Source of the DNA: Malacoraja senta
Taxonomy: Eukaryota
Direction: 5' to 3'
Length of the DNA: 64,000 nt
NCBI GenBank assembly: GCA_038087875.1
Contig: CM075988.1
Location: 2,914,001-2,978,000, forward strand
Positions 36,481 through 48,297 of this stretch are shown in pieces (position 1 is the stretch's first letter; every line of letters begins with the position of its first letter). Both the position numbers and the translations under genes were made by a program. The notes beneath the pieces are model-generated. The model was not told the DNA's origin. It ran no database searches and saw nothing but the letters and a program-made list of their open reading frames with translations.

Positions 36481-38559
36481 GACCACTCTCACCACCCACC
36501 GGAAGCCCAGCCTAACTCTCACCACCCAACGATGGCCTGACGGCCTGACCGATCCTCCACTGCATCCATCGGCCTACCGACAAGCCCAACCGACAGACTG
36601 ATCCATTGACCGATTGACTGACCGGCTGACCGACCCTTATCCTAATCATAACTCTTGCTCTACATTTGTTATATATTATTTTTATTGAACAGTTCACATC
36701 ATAACTTTATAAAGATAAATCTATTGAAAAACAAAATGATCAGCAAGGTGAGCATAACCTTTATTACTTGGAAACCTCGCTATTGTTTTGATGTAACTAG
36801 GAGATCCACGATCCCAGGGTCCTCGCTTCCAAGCGACCATAAAACAAAGCACAGAATTGGTCAATTTGCGTCCGACCTCAATTCATGCATTGATTGGGCA
36901 ATTACTACTCGGAAAATTTGAGGTTTTTCTTATATTTTAAAAAAATGTACATGTTTTGGTCTTGACGAGTTTCAGGTATGATTTATATAATATTTATATA
37001 ATATTTTTACACAATATGTTAAAAATTCAGGGTCACGAACTTGAACGAAAAAGCTCCTCGGCCCAGCCTAATTACAGGACAGCTTTAACCGAACTGACTG
37101 GGACTTGTTTGAAGACGAGGAGATTGAAACCTACACCTACACTTTACTTTTTTTACATAAAAAGCTGTGTGGACAATGTCACTAACACTAAACGCATCCG
37201 TATCCCTCCCAACAATAAACCATGGATGACCAAAGGCATCCGACTCCTTTTAAAAGTCTGCAATATGGCTTTTTGGTCCGGCAACACAGAGCTGGATAGT
37301 GTGGCCAGGTCCGACTTGAAGGGGGGCATCAGGAATGCCAAAGCAGCCTATAAGTGAAGGATCAAGAGTCATTTCAACAACTCAGACTCCCGTCACGTAT
37401 GGCAAAGTATACGCCACATCACCAACTACAAAAACGGTACCAACTCATCCACCAGCAACAGTGCCTCTCTGGCAAAACAACTCAACCACTTCTTTGGCCG
37501 CCATGAAGGAGAGAGACGGTCATGCCCATTACTCCTGCTCCAACACCGGTACCCGGACGTGGTGTCGAAGGATGAGAAGCCGAAGCAAAGAAGTGTAAGC
37601 CAAATAACTAAATGGAACAAAGCCAAAAAGCCAAATAACCGAAAGCGTACAAAGCCGAAAATCCAACTAACCGAAAGAGCGGGACGCCTAAAAGCGAACT
37701 AACTGAAAAGGTGGGATGCCTAAAAGTGAACCAACTGAAGGGTGGGATGCCCAACAGCCAACTCATCGAAAGGCCATCATGCCGAAACGGCAACTAACCG
37801 AAAGGCTGCGTCGCCCAGAAGCCAAATCACCGAAAGGCCGCTGTGCCGAAAAGCTAAATAACGGACATGATGTCGCGGGGGGGGGGGGGGGACTTGTCAA
37901 CGATTGGTCCAGACCCATGCTACCGTCACATCACTGGCCGGGGAGATGGGAGGGTGGGGGTCATTTTCCCCACACAAGACCGCCCTGGGCTGGACTGGGC
38001 ACGCTGAACCCAAGCACCAAGTTGTAAGCGACTGAAGGAGCGCATCCCTCGGGACAGCCCCACTCTCCCACAGCCATAAAGATGTCATTATATTAAATTG
38101 ATGATCATTTGTTTGTAAAACTGTCAACATAGGCAGTCTTTGATTGTGCAAATTTGTATGTTTATTTTTATTTTTTGAATAAAAGTATTTGTGTAATAAA
38201 AAAAACCAGCCAGACACTCATCATACAATCCTCTGATGTCACACACACACACTTCGGAATGTGAACATACGGAAGGCAGCCGGTCTGGACGGAGTCCCAG
38301 GACGGGTTCTCAGGGATTCTACTGATGAGTTAACTGACGTATTTACAATGAACGATCTTCAATCAATCCCTAGCTCAATGCATGGTCCCCACATGCCTAA
38401 AATCATTGGAAATAGTGTCAGTCCTGAAGCAGACAGCCATAACCTGCCTCAATGACTACAGGCTGGTTGCACTAACACCAATAATCATGAAGTGCCTGGA
38501 GAGATTGGTCCTTAAGCACATCAAGGCTGCTCTCCCATCAACCCCGGACCCACATCAAT

Positions 38560-38791
38560 ATGAACCAGACAGAACAGTCTGTAGCTGCAAACGTCAATAC
38601 TTCAATAAGAGTGCCCACAAGGGTGATGGACAGGAAAGTATCATTTAAGAAATGTATTCGGATCCAATACAAAATGACCGCGGTGATCACGGCCAGTAGA
38701 TCGGTCGCTGCCATGGCCACCAGGTAGCAAGTGGTGCAGGTGGAGAGGCCGCACTTTCCCCGGGACAGCATCACAATTGCCACTAAATTCA
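38560..38791 (-). pseudogene. Truncated exon of a class A GPCR (GPR139/GPR142-like), end of TM1 to TM3
   Basis: [36 protein letters not shown], preceded by a pyrimidine-rich CAG acceptor. It breaks just before the DRY-equivalent motif. Confidence 0.75.
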
Positions 38792-41700
38792 CTGCGGAGA
38801 GAGAAGGCGTGATTGTAAAGGTGAAAATTGGGAGTAGGGAGTATTAGAGAGTATAGGCAGCTGCAGAAACAAGAAGGCTCTATTGTTAGATAAGAATGTA
38901 TCAGAATGTCTAACCACAGAGAAACAATTTCTTATCAGTGTTTCTCTAGCATAGTGAAGGTCGGTCTGTGAAGCCTGCTTGTCTACTAAATTTATTACCG
39001 TTAATAATCGACAAAAAGCGGTGGCGGCAGAGGGAGGAAGAGGGGAATGAGGAAGGAAGGAGGTGGACAGACATGGATAAAGGAAGACACAGAGGGAGAG
39101 AGAGGGAGGGAGAGGGGGAGACTGCGGCACCGGCTACGCGAGCCCAAGGCTTCGTGCCTACTTCGGAACTCCAGGCCTTTGAGCTGAGAAGGGGTACAGA
39201 CGCCATGCCATCAAAAAAAAATCCCGCATCTGCTGAGGAGGTTGACGATATCAAGAAATCGCTCGACATGCTGACGGAGGAGGTTTCTGTTGTTAGACAA
39301 CAGCAGGAAACCATCATGAGAATGGTGGAAGAAGTTAAAGCCCTGAGGCTACAAAACTCCGAGAAGGACAAGCGGATTATGTTGCTGGAGAACCAGGTGG
39401 CTGATCACCAGAATGAACGATATAATTGTCACTGGTCTGGAGACAAAACCCTGCTCATATGCACGGGCGGTGACAATGCTGAACGGAGAGGAGACGAGCG
39501 AGCATGACGCTCCATCTGTGGAGCAACAGGTGACGGCGTTCCTCCACTCAAAAGGGATTGAGTTGGACCGGGACAACATCGAGGCTTGTCACCCGCTCTC
39601 ACGGAGATGCAAGACGGATAAACCAGCCATAATAATTCAGTTTGCTAACAGGAAAAATAAAACTGAACTGCTGAAACAGGGAAGACGGCTAAAGGGCTTG
39701 GATGTGTATTTGAATGAACACCTGACAACGAAAAATGCTGACATTGCCAGAAAGGCCCGACTCCTGAGAAAGAAGAAGAAAATTCAATCTACATGGACTG
39801 CAAACTGCAAAATATTCATCAAGCTGAACAGAACACCAGCACAAGCCAAAGTATTAGTCATTAGGGACCTGGATGAACTGGATAAATACCAATGAGACAA
39901 ACCATAACAAGGTAATGGAATACACTTAGTAGCAAATAAAGAATATATAAAATAAAAACCACAACCATGATAATTCCTGACCAAAAATATACATCTCTAT
40001 CAGGACTAGAAACCTTTGCATATACAGAGCAGAACACACAGGACATAGAAAATGATATTGATCCGGAAGATAACTTACTTAACAATATCAACAACAGCTG
40101 CAGTTAATACACAGATGAGCAATTCAATATAACTTTCCAATCAGAACATAACATATCAATTATCCACTTTAATAGCCGAAGTCTATATGCCAACTTCCGC
40201 AACATAAAAGAATATTTAAGACAGTTCAAGAACCCATTTAGCATTACAGCAATATCAGAGACATGGATCAGCATTGCGAAAGGTGTGGACTTTGACATGG
40301 ATGGCTAAGAACTGAATTATATAAACAGAAGGAAAAAAAGTGGAGGAGGTGTGGCGATCTATGTGGATAAAAGATGGTGGAGAACATGACAACAGCCGTT
40401 GATGATTTGTTGGAATGTATTACAGTAGAAATTTGTATGGAAAAGACCAAAAATGTTATTGTGAGCTGTATATACAGAACTCCCGGATCGAGTATTGAAA
40501 TATTTAAAGATGTTTACAAAATCATTACAAAGGATTGTGATCATCTGTGGGGATTACAATATTGACCTGTTGAATCCACAAAAGCACAAAATGACAGAAG
40601 AATTCATCAATACTATGCACAGTATGGGTTTATATCCTAAAATAACCAGACCTAGTAGAATTACTTCTCATTGTGCCATATCCAATAGACAACATATTCA
40701 CAAACATTATGGAAAACAATACAGTAAGCGGACTATTATATAGTGACATCAGTGACCATTTACCTGTTTTTATTGTTTATCACTGTAGTTATAGGAAACC
40801 TAAAAACACAAGTCATTTCAAATACAAAAGGGTGAGAACCGAAGAAAACATAAATGCATTTAAGAATGAATTACTGAAATAGAATTGGAGGGTAGTATAT
40901 GAGGGTAAAGATATCGACAAAGCATACAATGGATTTCTAAATATTTTTAAATCACTTTATGACAAAAACTGTCCTGTGAAACAATATAGAGATAGACAAA
41001 AACAAACAAATAGTCCATGGATCACTAAGGGTTTAAAAAATGCCTGCAAAAAGAAAAACACACTATATAGACAATTCATAAAATATCGAACTTCAGAAGC
41101 AGAAAATAAATATAAAAAATATAAGAATGTAAAAAAATATTAAGAAAGAAATTAGAAAAGCTAAAAGAAGATATGAGGTTGCTTTGGCAAGTAAGGTGAA
41201 AGTAAATCCAAAGGGTTTCTACAGCTATATTAATAGCAAAAGGATAACAAGGAATAAAATCGGTCCATTAGAGAGTCAGAGTGGACAGCTATCTGCAGAG
41301 CCAAAAGAGATGGGGGAGATATTGAACAATTTCTTTTCTTCGGTATTCACGAAGGAGAAGGATATGGAATTATGTGAGGTAAGGGAAACGAGCAGAGTAG
41401 CAATGGAAACTGTGAGATTCAAAGAAGAGGAGGTGCGGACACTTTTGAAAAATATGAAAACGGATAAGTCTCCAGGTCCTGGCAGGATATTCCCTAGGAC
41501 ATTGAGGGAAGTTAGTGTAGAAATAGCAGGGGCTATGACAGAAATATTTCAAATGTCATTAGAAACGGGAATAGTGCCGGAGGATTGGCGTACTGCGCAT
41601 GTTGTTCCGTTGTTTAAAAAGGGTTCGAAGAGTAAACCTAGCAATTATAGACCTGTTAGTTTGATGTCAGTGGTGGGAAAATTAATGGAAAGGATACTTA

Positions 41701-42641
41701 AAGATAATATATATAAGCATCTGGATAAGCAGGGTCTGATTAGGAACAGTCAACATGGATTTGTGCTTGGAAGGTCATGCTTGACTAATCTACTTGAATT
41801 TTTCGAAGAGGTTACTAGGGAAATTGATGAGGGTAAAGCAGTGGATGTTGTCTATATGGACTTCAGTAAGGCCTTTGACAAGGTTCCTCATGGAAGGTTG
41901 GTTAAGAAGATTCAATTGTTGGGTATTAATGGTGGAGTAGCAAGATGGATTCAACAGTGGCTGAATGGGAGATGCCAGAGAGTAATGGTGGATGGCTGTT
42001 TGTCAGGTTGGAGGCCGGTGACTAGTGGGGTGCCTCAGGGGTCTGTGTTGGGTCCACTGTTGTTTGTCATGTACATCAATAATCTGGATGAAGGTGTGGA
42101 AAATTGGATTAGTAAGTATGCAGATGATACTAAGATAGGTGGTGTTGTGGATAATGAAGTAGATTTTCAAAGTCTACAGAGAGATTTAGGCCATTTGGAA
42201 GAGTGGGCTGAAAGATGGCAGATGGAGTTTTTTTATTTTTTTATTTTTATTTTTATTTATTAGAAGTACATTACATTACAACCACATACATTAATACTCG
42301 TCATTTATATCTTCTTACAATTAATGTACTCCCTTTATTTATTTTTTTTACACTAGAAAAAGAAAAGATTGAAAGAAAGAAGAAAGTGAAGGAAAAAGTG
42401 TAAGTGTAGAAAAGTGTAGAAAATGTAACAACAAAAAAGGACGAAGACCCTATAAGAGCGAAATTAAAAACAAAAAGAAAAAGAGTTAAGAAATAGGCCC
42501 TAAGAAAAGAAAAGAGAAAGAGAAAAAAAGAGAAACAAATGTTTTTTTTGAGCATCACGTAAATAGGACATACCAACTCTTCAACTATCATCCCCCCTTA
42601 CCTGACCTCAATTTTTTATTTTTTTAAAGTACTTTTGCACC

Positions 42642-45600
42642 CTATGTTTGTAATAATTCTATAAATGCAGACCACGTCAGGTGGAAGTGATCTGGTTTAC
42701 CTGCTAGGAGGAGTCTTATCTCTTCTAGATGTAATGTTTCAAACATATTTGAAATCCACATATTTATAGTTGGTATTGGAGCCTTCTTCCAAAATTTTAG
42801 AATTAGCTTTTTTCCAGTTATTAACCCATAGTCCATTAATTTCTTTTGAAACACATTTAGTTCTGGATCATCTTCCGTTATTCCGAAGATAATCCATTCT
42901 GCTTTGGGTATCAGTCTTGTTTTAAATAACTTTGTAAAGATTTCAAAAATTTCATTCCAAAATTTTTGAATTTTTGTACAGAAGACAAATGAGTGCGCTA
43001 TAGTTGCTTCTTGGGATTGACATTTATCACAAGTAGATGATACGTTCGGGAAAATTTTATGAATTTTAGTTTTCGAATAATATAATCTATGTAAAATTTT
43101 AAATTGTATTAAAGTGTGTCTTACATTAATCGAGCATTTATGCACGTTTAATAAGTATTCATTCCAACTTTCCTTTGAAATTTTAATAGCTAACTCTTGT
43201 TCCCAGTCTCTTCTGATACCCTCCGTAGGTGGTATTTGTACATTTAAAATAATATTATACAAATATGATATTAAGTTTGCTGATTCCGCTTTTATCTGCA
43301 TTGCCTCGTCCAATACATCTACTGGATTATTATAATGATCTTTTGTATATTTTTTCAAATAGTCGCATATTTGAAAATATTTAAAATATTGATTATTTCC
43401 GAGTTTATATTTTATTTGTAATTGTTGAAATGCAAGTAATTTTCCAGTTTCATACAAGTCACCAAGCGTTTTAATTCCTAGTCTATCCCATTGTGTATAA
43501 GCTTTATCTATAATAGAAGGACTAAACGAAGGGTTATTGACTATAGGTAATAAAAGTGATAAGTTTCTTAATTTTAAATTTTGTTTTATTTGTTTCCAAA
43601 TACGGATTGTACTATGGATAATTGGGTTCTTATTATAGTTTATGTTATTCAGTTTCATTGGAGAGAGGAGGATCGCTCCAATGTTTCTAGAGGAGCAATC
43701 CTCTTTCTCCATTACAATCCAGTCTACTTGCTGGGCGGAGTTATCCATCAGTTGAATCATGTTTTTAATATTTACTGACCAATAATAATACATAAAATTA
43801 GGTAGTGCTAGACCCCCCAATACTTTAGGTTTATTCAGATGGGTTTTTTGTATTCTATGTGATTTATAGTCCCATATAAAATTAGTGATATCTGAGTCGA
43901 GTTTTTTAAAAAACTTCTTAGGTAAGTATATAGGAATTGATTGAAATAGGTATAAAATTTGTGGTAAAAAGATCATTTTTATTGCGTTTATTCGGCCTAT
44001 TAAAGACATCGGGAGCGTTTTCCAGAATTTAATTAATGTATTTAGTTTATTAAGTAGGGGGTCAAAATTTGCCCTGAACATACCTTGATATGTTCTGGTA
44101 ATTTCGATTCCCAAATATTTAAATTTTTCTGTAGCTATTTTAAAAGGGAATTTTAAAAGATGTGTTGAATCTTTCGGTTTTATTGACATAATTTCACTTT
44201 TATTCCAATTTATTCTATATCCAGAAAAAGATCCGAAGTCTTCAATTAAATTTAATATATTTGGTATAGTGATTTGAGGTTTTGTAATATACAATAATAT
44301 ATCATCCGCGTATAAAGATATTTTATTATATGAGTCTTTAGTATTATATCCATGAATATCAGGGTGTATTCTAATTTTTTCTGCTAGCGGTTCAATAATG
44401 AGAGCAAACAGCTGTGGTGATAATGAGCATCCTTGTCTATTTCCCCTTGATAGTTGAAATTTCGAGGATAATATGTTATTAGTAAGTATTCTAGCTGTAG
44501 GTTTGTTATATAGTAACTTAATCCATAAAATAAAATTCTCTCCCAGTTGAAATTTTTGTAATACTTTATCCATATAATTCCATTCTACTTGATCAAATGC
44601 TTTTTCAGCATCCAGCGAAATAATTGATAATTCTTGATCTTCAGATTTGTGTGAGTGCATTATGTTGAGTAGACGTCTCATATTATTAGAAGAGTATCTC
44701 TTAGGGATAAACCCTGTCTGATCTGGGTTTATTAATTTACTAATGTATTTACTTAATCTTCTAGCTAATGTTTTCGCTAATATTTTTTGATCTGTGTTTA
44801 ACAATGCTATCGCTCTATATGAGCCAGGTTCTTCTAAATCTTTATTTTTCTTAGGTATTAATGTAATCGTTGATTCCGCTAATGTATCAGGTAGTATTCG
44901 TTTTTTAAAAGCGTATTGGTACATTTTTTGTAATCTTGGTATTATTTTATCATAAAAGCTTTTATAAAATTCATTAGTAAATCCATCAGGGCCTGGTGTT
45001 TTTCCATTTTTTAATGAGTTTATTGTATCTTCTAATTCCTTAATTGAGATTTGTGCACCCAGTTCCTCTTGTTCCTTCAGCTCTAACTTTGGAAGATTAC
45101 AGGTATCCAAGAACTTTGTGATATTATTGGAATCAATTATCGTTTTAGATGTATACAAATTCTCGTAAAATTGCGCAAATCTTTTATTAATATCCTTCGG
45201 TGTTGTTAATAATTCCCCTTTATCTGATTTGATCTTTGGTATAGTATGTTCCTTTTCTCGTTTTTTTAGCTGGCGAGCCAAAAGTTTATGCGGTTTATCC
45301 CCAAATTCAAAGTGCTCTTGTTTTGTAATTTGAAAAAGTCTTATAAGTTTGGCAGATAATAATTTATTTAATTTAAATTTTAAAATTATTATTTTATTAT
45401 GTTTATCTATTGATGGATCTTTAGCATTATCTATATCCATTTGTCTAATAAGTTCTTCTAACTGTCTTTGTTCATTCTTATTCTTTTTATTTTGAAAAGC
45501 TTGATATGAAATTATAATACCCCTAATGTATGCTTTAAAAGATTCCCAAAGTAAAGTAGGCGATATATCTGAAGTATCATTTGTTTGAAAAAAGACCTCC

Positions 45601-46433
45601 ATTTGTTCTTTTAAATATATACTCGCTTGTGGATCTTTTAAAATTTGAGAGTTAAATCTCCAGAATGATTTATTCTTAGACAATCCTTCCAGTTTTAAAA
45701 AGAAAGTTAGTGGAGAATGGTCTGAAATTGAATTTGTATGGTATATTGCATTAGATGTTTGGGGGATTAATTTTGTATCCAGCAGAAAGTAGTCTATACA
45801 TGAGTATGTCTTATGTACCATTGAGTAAAACGAATATTCCCTGCCAGTTGGATTCACAATTCTCCAAACATCTGCTATATTAGTGTTATTTATATAGGTA
45901 TTGAGGAGTTCCCCAGTTTTCGATTTCATATTCCCTCTCTGTTTTTGACTTGATTTATCTAAGTACGGATCTAAAACACAGTTAAAGTCTCCGCCTATTA
46001 TAACATTTTGATAGTTTGACTCTGCAATTATATTGAAGATTTTATTGAAAAAGTGGGGGTTATCAAAGTTAGGGGCATATATATTTACCAAAGTAAGTGG
46101 AGTGTCATGGATTTCTCCATTAACTATTAGGTATCTCCCTTCTATATCTGTTATAATATTCTTTGCTTTAAATGGTATACCTTTTCTTATGATAATTGAC
46201 ATGCCTCTAGATTTTGAAGTAAATGAAGAGTGGTATGTTTGACCTATCCATTTCGCCCTCAGCCTAACTTGATCCTGAGGTTTTAGGTGTGTTTCTTGTA
46301 GGAAGGTAATGTCAGAATTGTACATTTTTAGCTGAGCTAATATCTTACCCCTTTTGATAGGTTCGTTAATACCTCTTATATTCCAACTACAAAATGAGAT
46401 TCCTCCTAGGTTCTTTTGTGTGGTGTCATGCAT
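42642..46433 (-). CDS. L1 ORF2p (AP endonuclease, RT, C-terminal zinc knuckle), 1263 aa
   Basis: SWNIRG, LQETH, GGDFN, SDH, PGPDG, RQGCSLSP, LYADD and CDKC..H..C motifs with no stops. Confidence 0.97.
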   Translation of the reverse strand: MHDTTQKNLGGISFCSWNIRGINEPIKRGKILAQLKMYNSDITFLQETHLKPQDQVRLRAKWIGQTYHSSFTSKSRGMSIIIRKGIPFKAKNIITDIEGRYLIVNGEIHDTPLTLVNIYAPNFDNPHFFNKIFNIIAESNYQNVIIGGDFNCVLDPYLDKSSQKQRGNMKSKTGELLNTYINNTNIADVWRIVNPTGREYSFYSMVHKTYSCIDYFLLDTKLIPQTSNAIYHTNSISDHSPLTFFLKLEGLSKNKSFWRFNSQILKDPQASIYLKEQMEVFFQTNDTSDISPTLLWESFKAYIRGIIISYQAFQNKKNKNEQRQLEELIRQMDIDNAKDPSIDKHNKIIILKFKLNKLLSAKLIRLFQITKQEHFEFGDKPHKLLARQLKKREKEHTIPKIKSDKGELLTTPKDINKRFAQFYENLYTSKTIIDSNNITKFLDTCNLPKLELKEQEELGAQISIKELEDTINSLKNGKTPGPDGFTNEFYKSFYDKIIPRLQKMYQYAFKKRILPDTLAESTITLIPKKNKDLEEPGSYRAIALLNTDQKILAKTLARRLSKYISKLINPDQTGFIPKRYSSNNMRRLLNIMHSHKSEDQELSIISLDAEKAFDQVEWNYMDKVLQKFQLGENFILWIKLLYNKPTARILTNNILSSKFQLSRGNRQGCSLSPQLFALIIEPLAEKIRIHPDIHGYNTKDSYNKISLYADDILLYITKPQITIPNILNLIEDFGSFSGYRINWNKSEIMSIKPKDSTHLLKFPFKIATEKFKYLGIEITRTYQGMFRANFDPLLNKLNTLIKFWKTLPMSLIGRINAIKMIFLPQILYLFQSIPIYLPKKFFKKLDSDITNFIWDYKSHRIQKTHLNKPKVLGGLALPNFMYYYWSVNIKNMIQLMDNSAQQVDWIVMEKEDCSSRNIGAILLSPMKLNNINYNKNPIIHSTIRIWKQIKQNLKLRNLSLLLPIVNNPSFSPSIIDKAYTQWDRLGIKTLGDLYETGKLLAFQQLQIKYKLGNNQYFKYFQICDYLKKYTKDHYNNPVDVLDEAMQIKAESANLISYLYNIILNVQIPPTEGIRRDWEQELAIKISKESWNEYLLNVHKCSINVRHTLIQFKILHRLYYSKTKIHKIFPNVSSTCDKCQSQEATIAHSFVFCTKIQKFWNEIFEIFTKLFKTRLIPKAEWIIFGITEDDPELNVFQKKLMDYGLITGKKLILKFWKKAPIPTINMWISNMFETLHLEEIRLLLAGKPDHFHLTWSAFIELLQT

Positions 46434-47235
46434 TTTGAATAATTATAGTACCTTTGAATCTTGTGGTGCGTCCATGTCCCAGGTCTTTAGGTATTGGGGG
46501 AGTTTTTGAATTATTAACTTTTGCTGGTATGTCCATTTTACTCTTATCACTAAACACAAAACACAAACAAGTGATTTTATGTGATAAAAAAAAAACTAAA
46601 AAAGTGAGGCTACAGTGTCTGATATAGTCGGCACTGTAGCGAGTGTCCCACCTGCAGGTGGGAAAAAACCTTGTTTTGACTTCCATTGCGTTGTTACTCA
46701 AATAGCTCCGCTCTCTTAGTTAATCATAACATATTAAAATATTAAAACAAGGCCTCACATTCAGATATATAATACAATTTTACCCTGATATTTCCTTATA
46801 ACATATATATATATCGGAGTTTAATTATTAAACCAATATTTTTGATTTCAATAAGAATCAACTGTTGGTTGAAGGGGTTAACGAGACGTGCTCCTGGACA
46901 TAAGCCAGGAGCTCATTTCTCATCCCCTCCTCCCGCTTATAGACAAGGTTACAATTTATTAAAAATTCATATTAGTATGTTAGTTCATTATTTTTTTTTG
47001 TTAGTATTCTAATCTAACCTGCATAACTTTTTAAGTTGTTAATAGGATAAGTTCTTACAATTGGTTATAATATTTTAATCAATAAGCAATTATTTTCTGA
47101 TTCATATTCCAACTGTTAAGTTGTTTACACGTTTTGAACAGAAAATGTCCTTGATTCAACATTCCAGAGATAACAGTGTAACTATCCCCAGACCAAACAT
47201 AGCTGAGAATGGTTCGGATCTGCCAAAGCTCCCTT

Positions 47236-48297
47236 TCATTTCTGTTTTTCAACGATCGTTTGGGCATATTTGAATGCGTCTTCAGGCTTAACAAATGACT
47301 TTTCAAGACCATTAAAGGAAATACGCATTTTCGCGGGATAAAAAACCCCAAATCTGACCCCTTCTCTCCCTCTTAAAAGATCTTTAACCTTATCAAATTT
47401 GTTTCTTTTTTGCACAATTTCATACGGGTAGTCCCTGAATATCTTAATAGTGTCCTTGTCCAGCCGCAATTGTACACCATATTTGATTTTGCTCATAACA
47501 TATTCCAGTTCTGCAGTATCTCGAAATTTCACTATAATATGTCGTGGATAAGCTTTTCCCGCACCAGATCTTTTTCCAAATCTTGGGACACGATGAGCCA
47601 CTTCGATTTTCGGTTCCTTGGAAAGATTCAACAGTTGTTTCAACAAGCCCATGGCGAATTCACGTACCTGTTCCCCTTCTGCCCCCTCTGAAACACCAAG
47701 AATTCTCAAATTCTGGCGTCTAGAGCGAGCTTCCAGGTCCAGGCATTTGACTGAGACTTTCTCTAATTGAGTCCCCATTTGTAGTGACGCTTGTTCATTT
47801 TCTCGCCTCATTTGCTCATGTTCTTGCCTCAATTTCGCCATGTCTTCAACCAGTCGAGCCGTGTTTTTCTCCAATTCCGTAATTGTGTGCATACTTGCAG
47901 CTACTGTTTCAAGTACAGCCGTGAACTTATCCGTAGTAATTACATCCATCTTATCCATTTTCTCTGATAGTCCATCTTTCACCTCATCAATTCGTTTATT
48001 CATAATGTCCAGTAAATCCGTCATATTCTTCTGGTTACCAGCATTTAAATCCTTCATCATCTTCTCCATTCCTTCCATCATTTTTGCCGAATTTTCCTTC
48101 ATTTCCTTCTTATCTTCCACCCTATTATCCGAAATCTCATCTTTCAAATTTTTCATTGATTTCTTCAAATCATCAAAGTCTTTCTTAGATCTTGTATCCA
48201 TTTCTGCAGCCACTTCAGAGGTAACTTCTGCTTCAGACTTTTTCGACAGCTTATTCACTGTTCTCTGAGGGCTCACAGCTGGAGGCAATTTACTCAT
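47236..48297 (-). CDS. L1 ORF1p (coiled coil, RRM, CTD), 353 aa
   Basis: DLEARSRRQNLRILGV, AHRV, PRHIIVKF and YPAK motifs. Confidence 0.95.
   Translation of the reverse strand: MSKLPPAVSPQRTVNKLSKKSEAEVTSEVAAEMDTRSKKDFDDLKKSMKNLKDEISDNRVEDKKEMKENSAKMMEGMEKMMKDLNAGNQKNMTDLLDIMNKRIDEVKDGLSEKMDKMDVITTDKFTAVLETVAASMHTITELEKNTARLVEDMAKLRQEHEQMRRENEQASLQMGTQLEKVSVKCLDLEARSRRQNLRILGVSEGAEGEQVREFAMGLLKQLLNLSKEPKIEVAHRVPRFGKRSGAGKAYPRHIIVKFRDTAELEYVMSKIKYGVQLRLDKDTIKIFRDYPYEIVQKRNKFDKVKDLLRGREGVRFGVFYPAKMRISFNGLEKSFVKPEDAFKYAQTIVEKQK

Larger units (their letters stand above)
34388..37070. mobile_element. Putative non-autonomous TIR DNA transposon, superfamily unclear
   Basis: Ends TAGGCTG..CAGCCTA, ATT duplicated, inverted subterminal blocks (TTCGTGACCC). 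The host Rex1 frame rejoins across it. Confidence 0.6.
33300..38560 (+). mobile_element. Rex1/Babar-like LINE, 5' half, in three pieces (33300-34387, 37071-37548, ~38205-38560)
   Basis: NVKSLSNKVDEL, AGDFN, PTRGKNKLDHVYSN, NNKPWMT, KAAGLDG and [19 protein letters not shown] are colinear. Confidence 0.8.

Noticed and set aside
35975..36601. 208-aa ORF and a telomere-like CCTAACCCTAAC
   Set aside because: The ORF derives from GC-rich minisatellite sequence, and only about two hexamers are present.
47840..48268. Antisense L1 ORF0-like gene
   Set aside because: It mirrors the ORF1 coiled coil and is Ser/Phe/Ile low-complexity.
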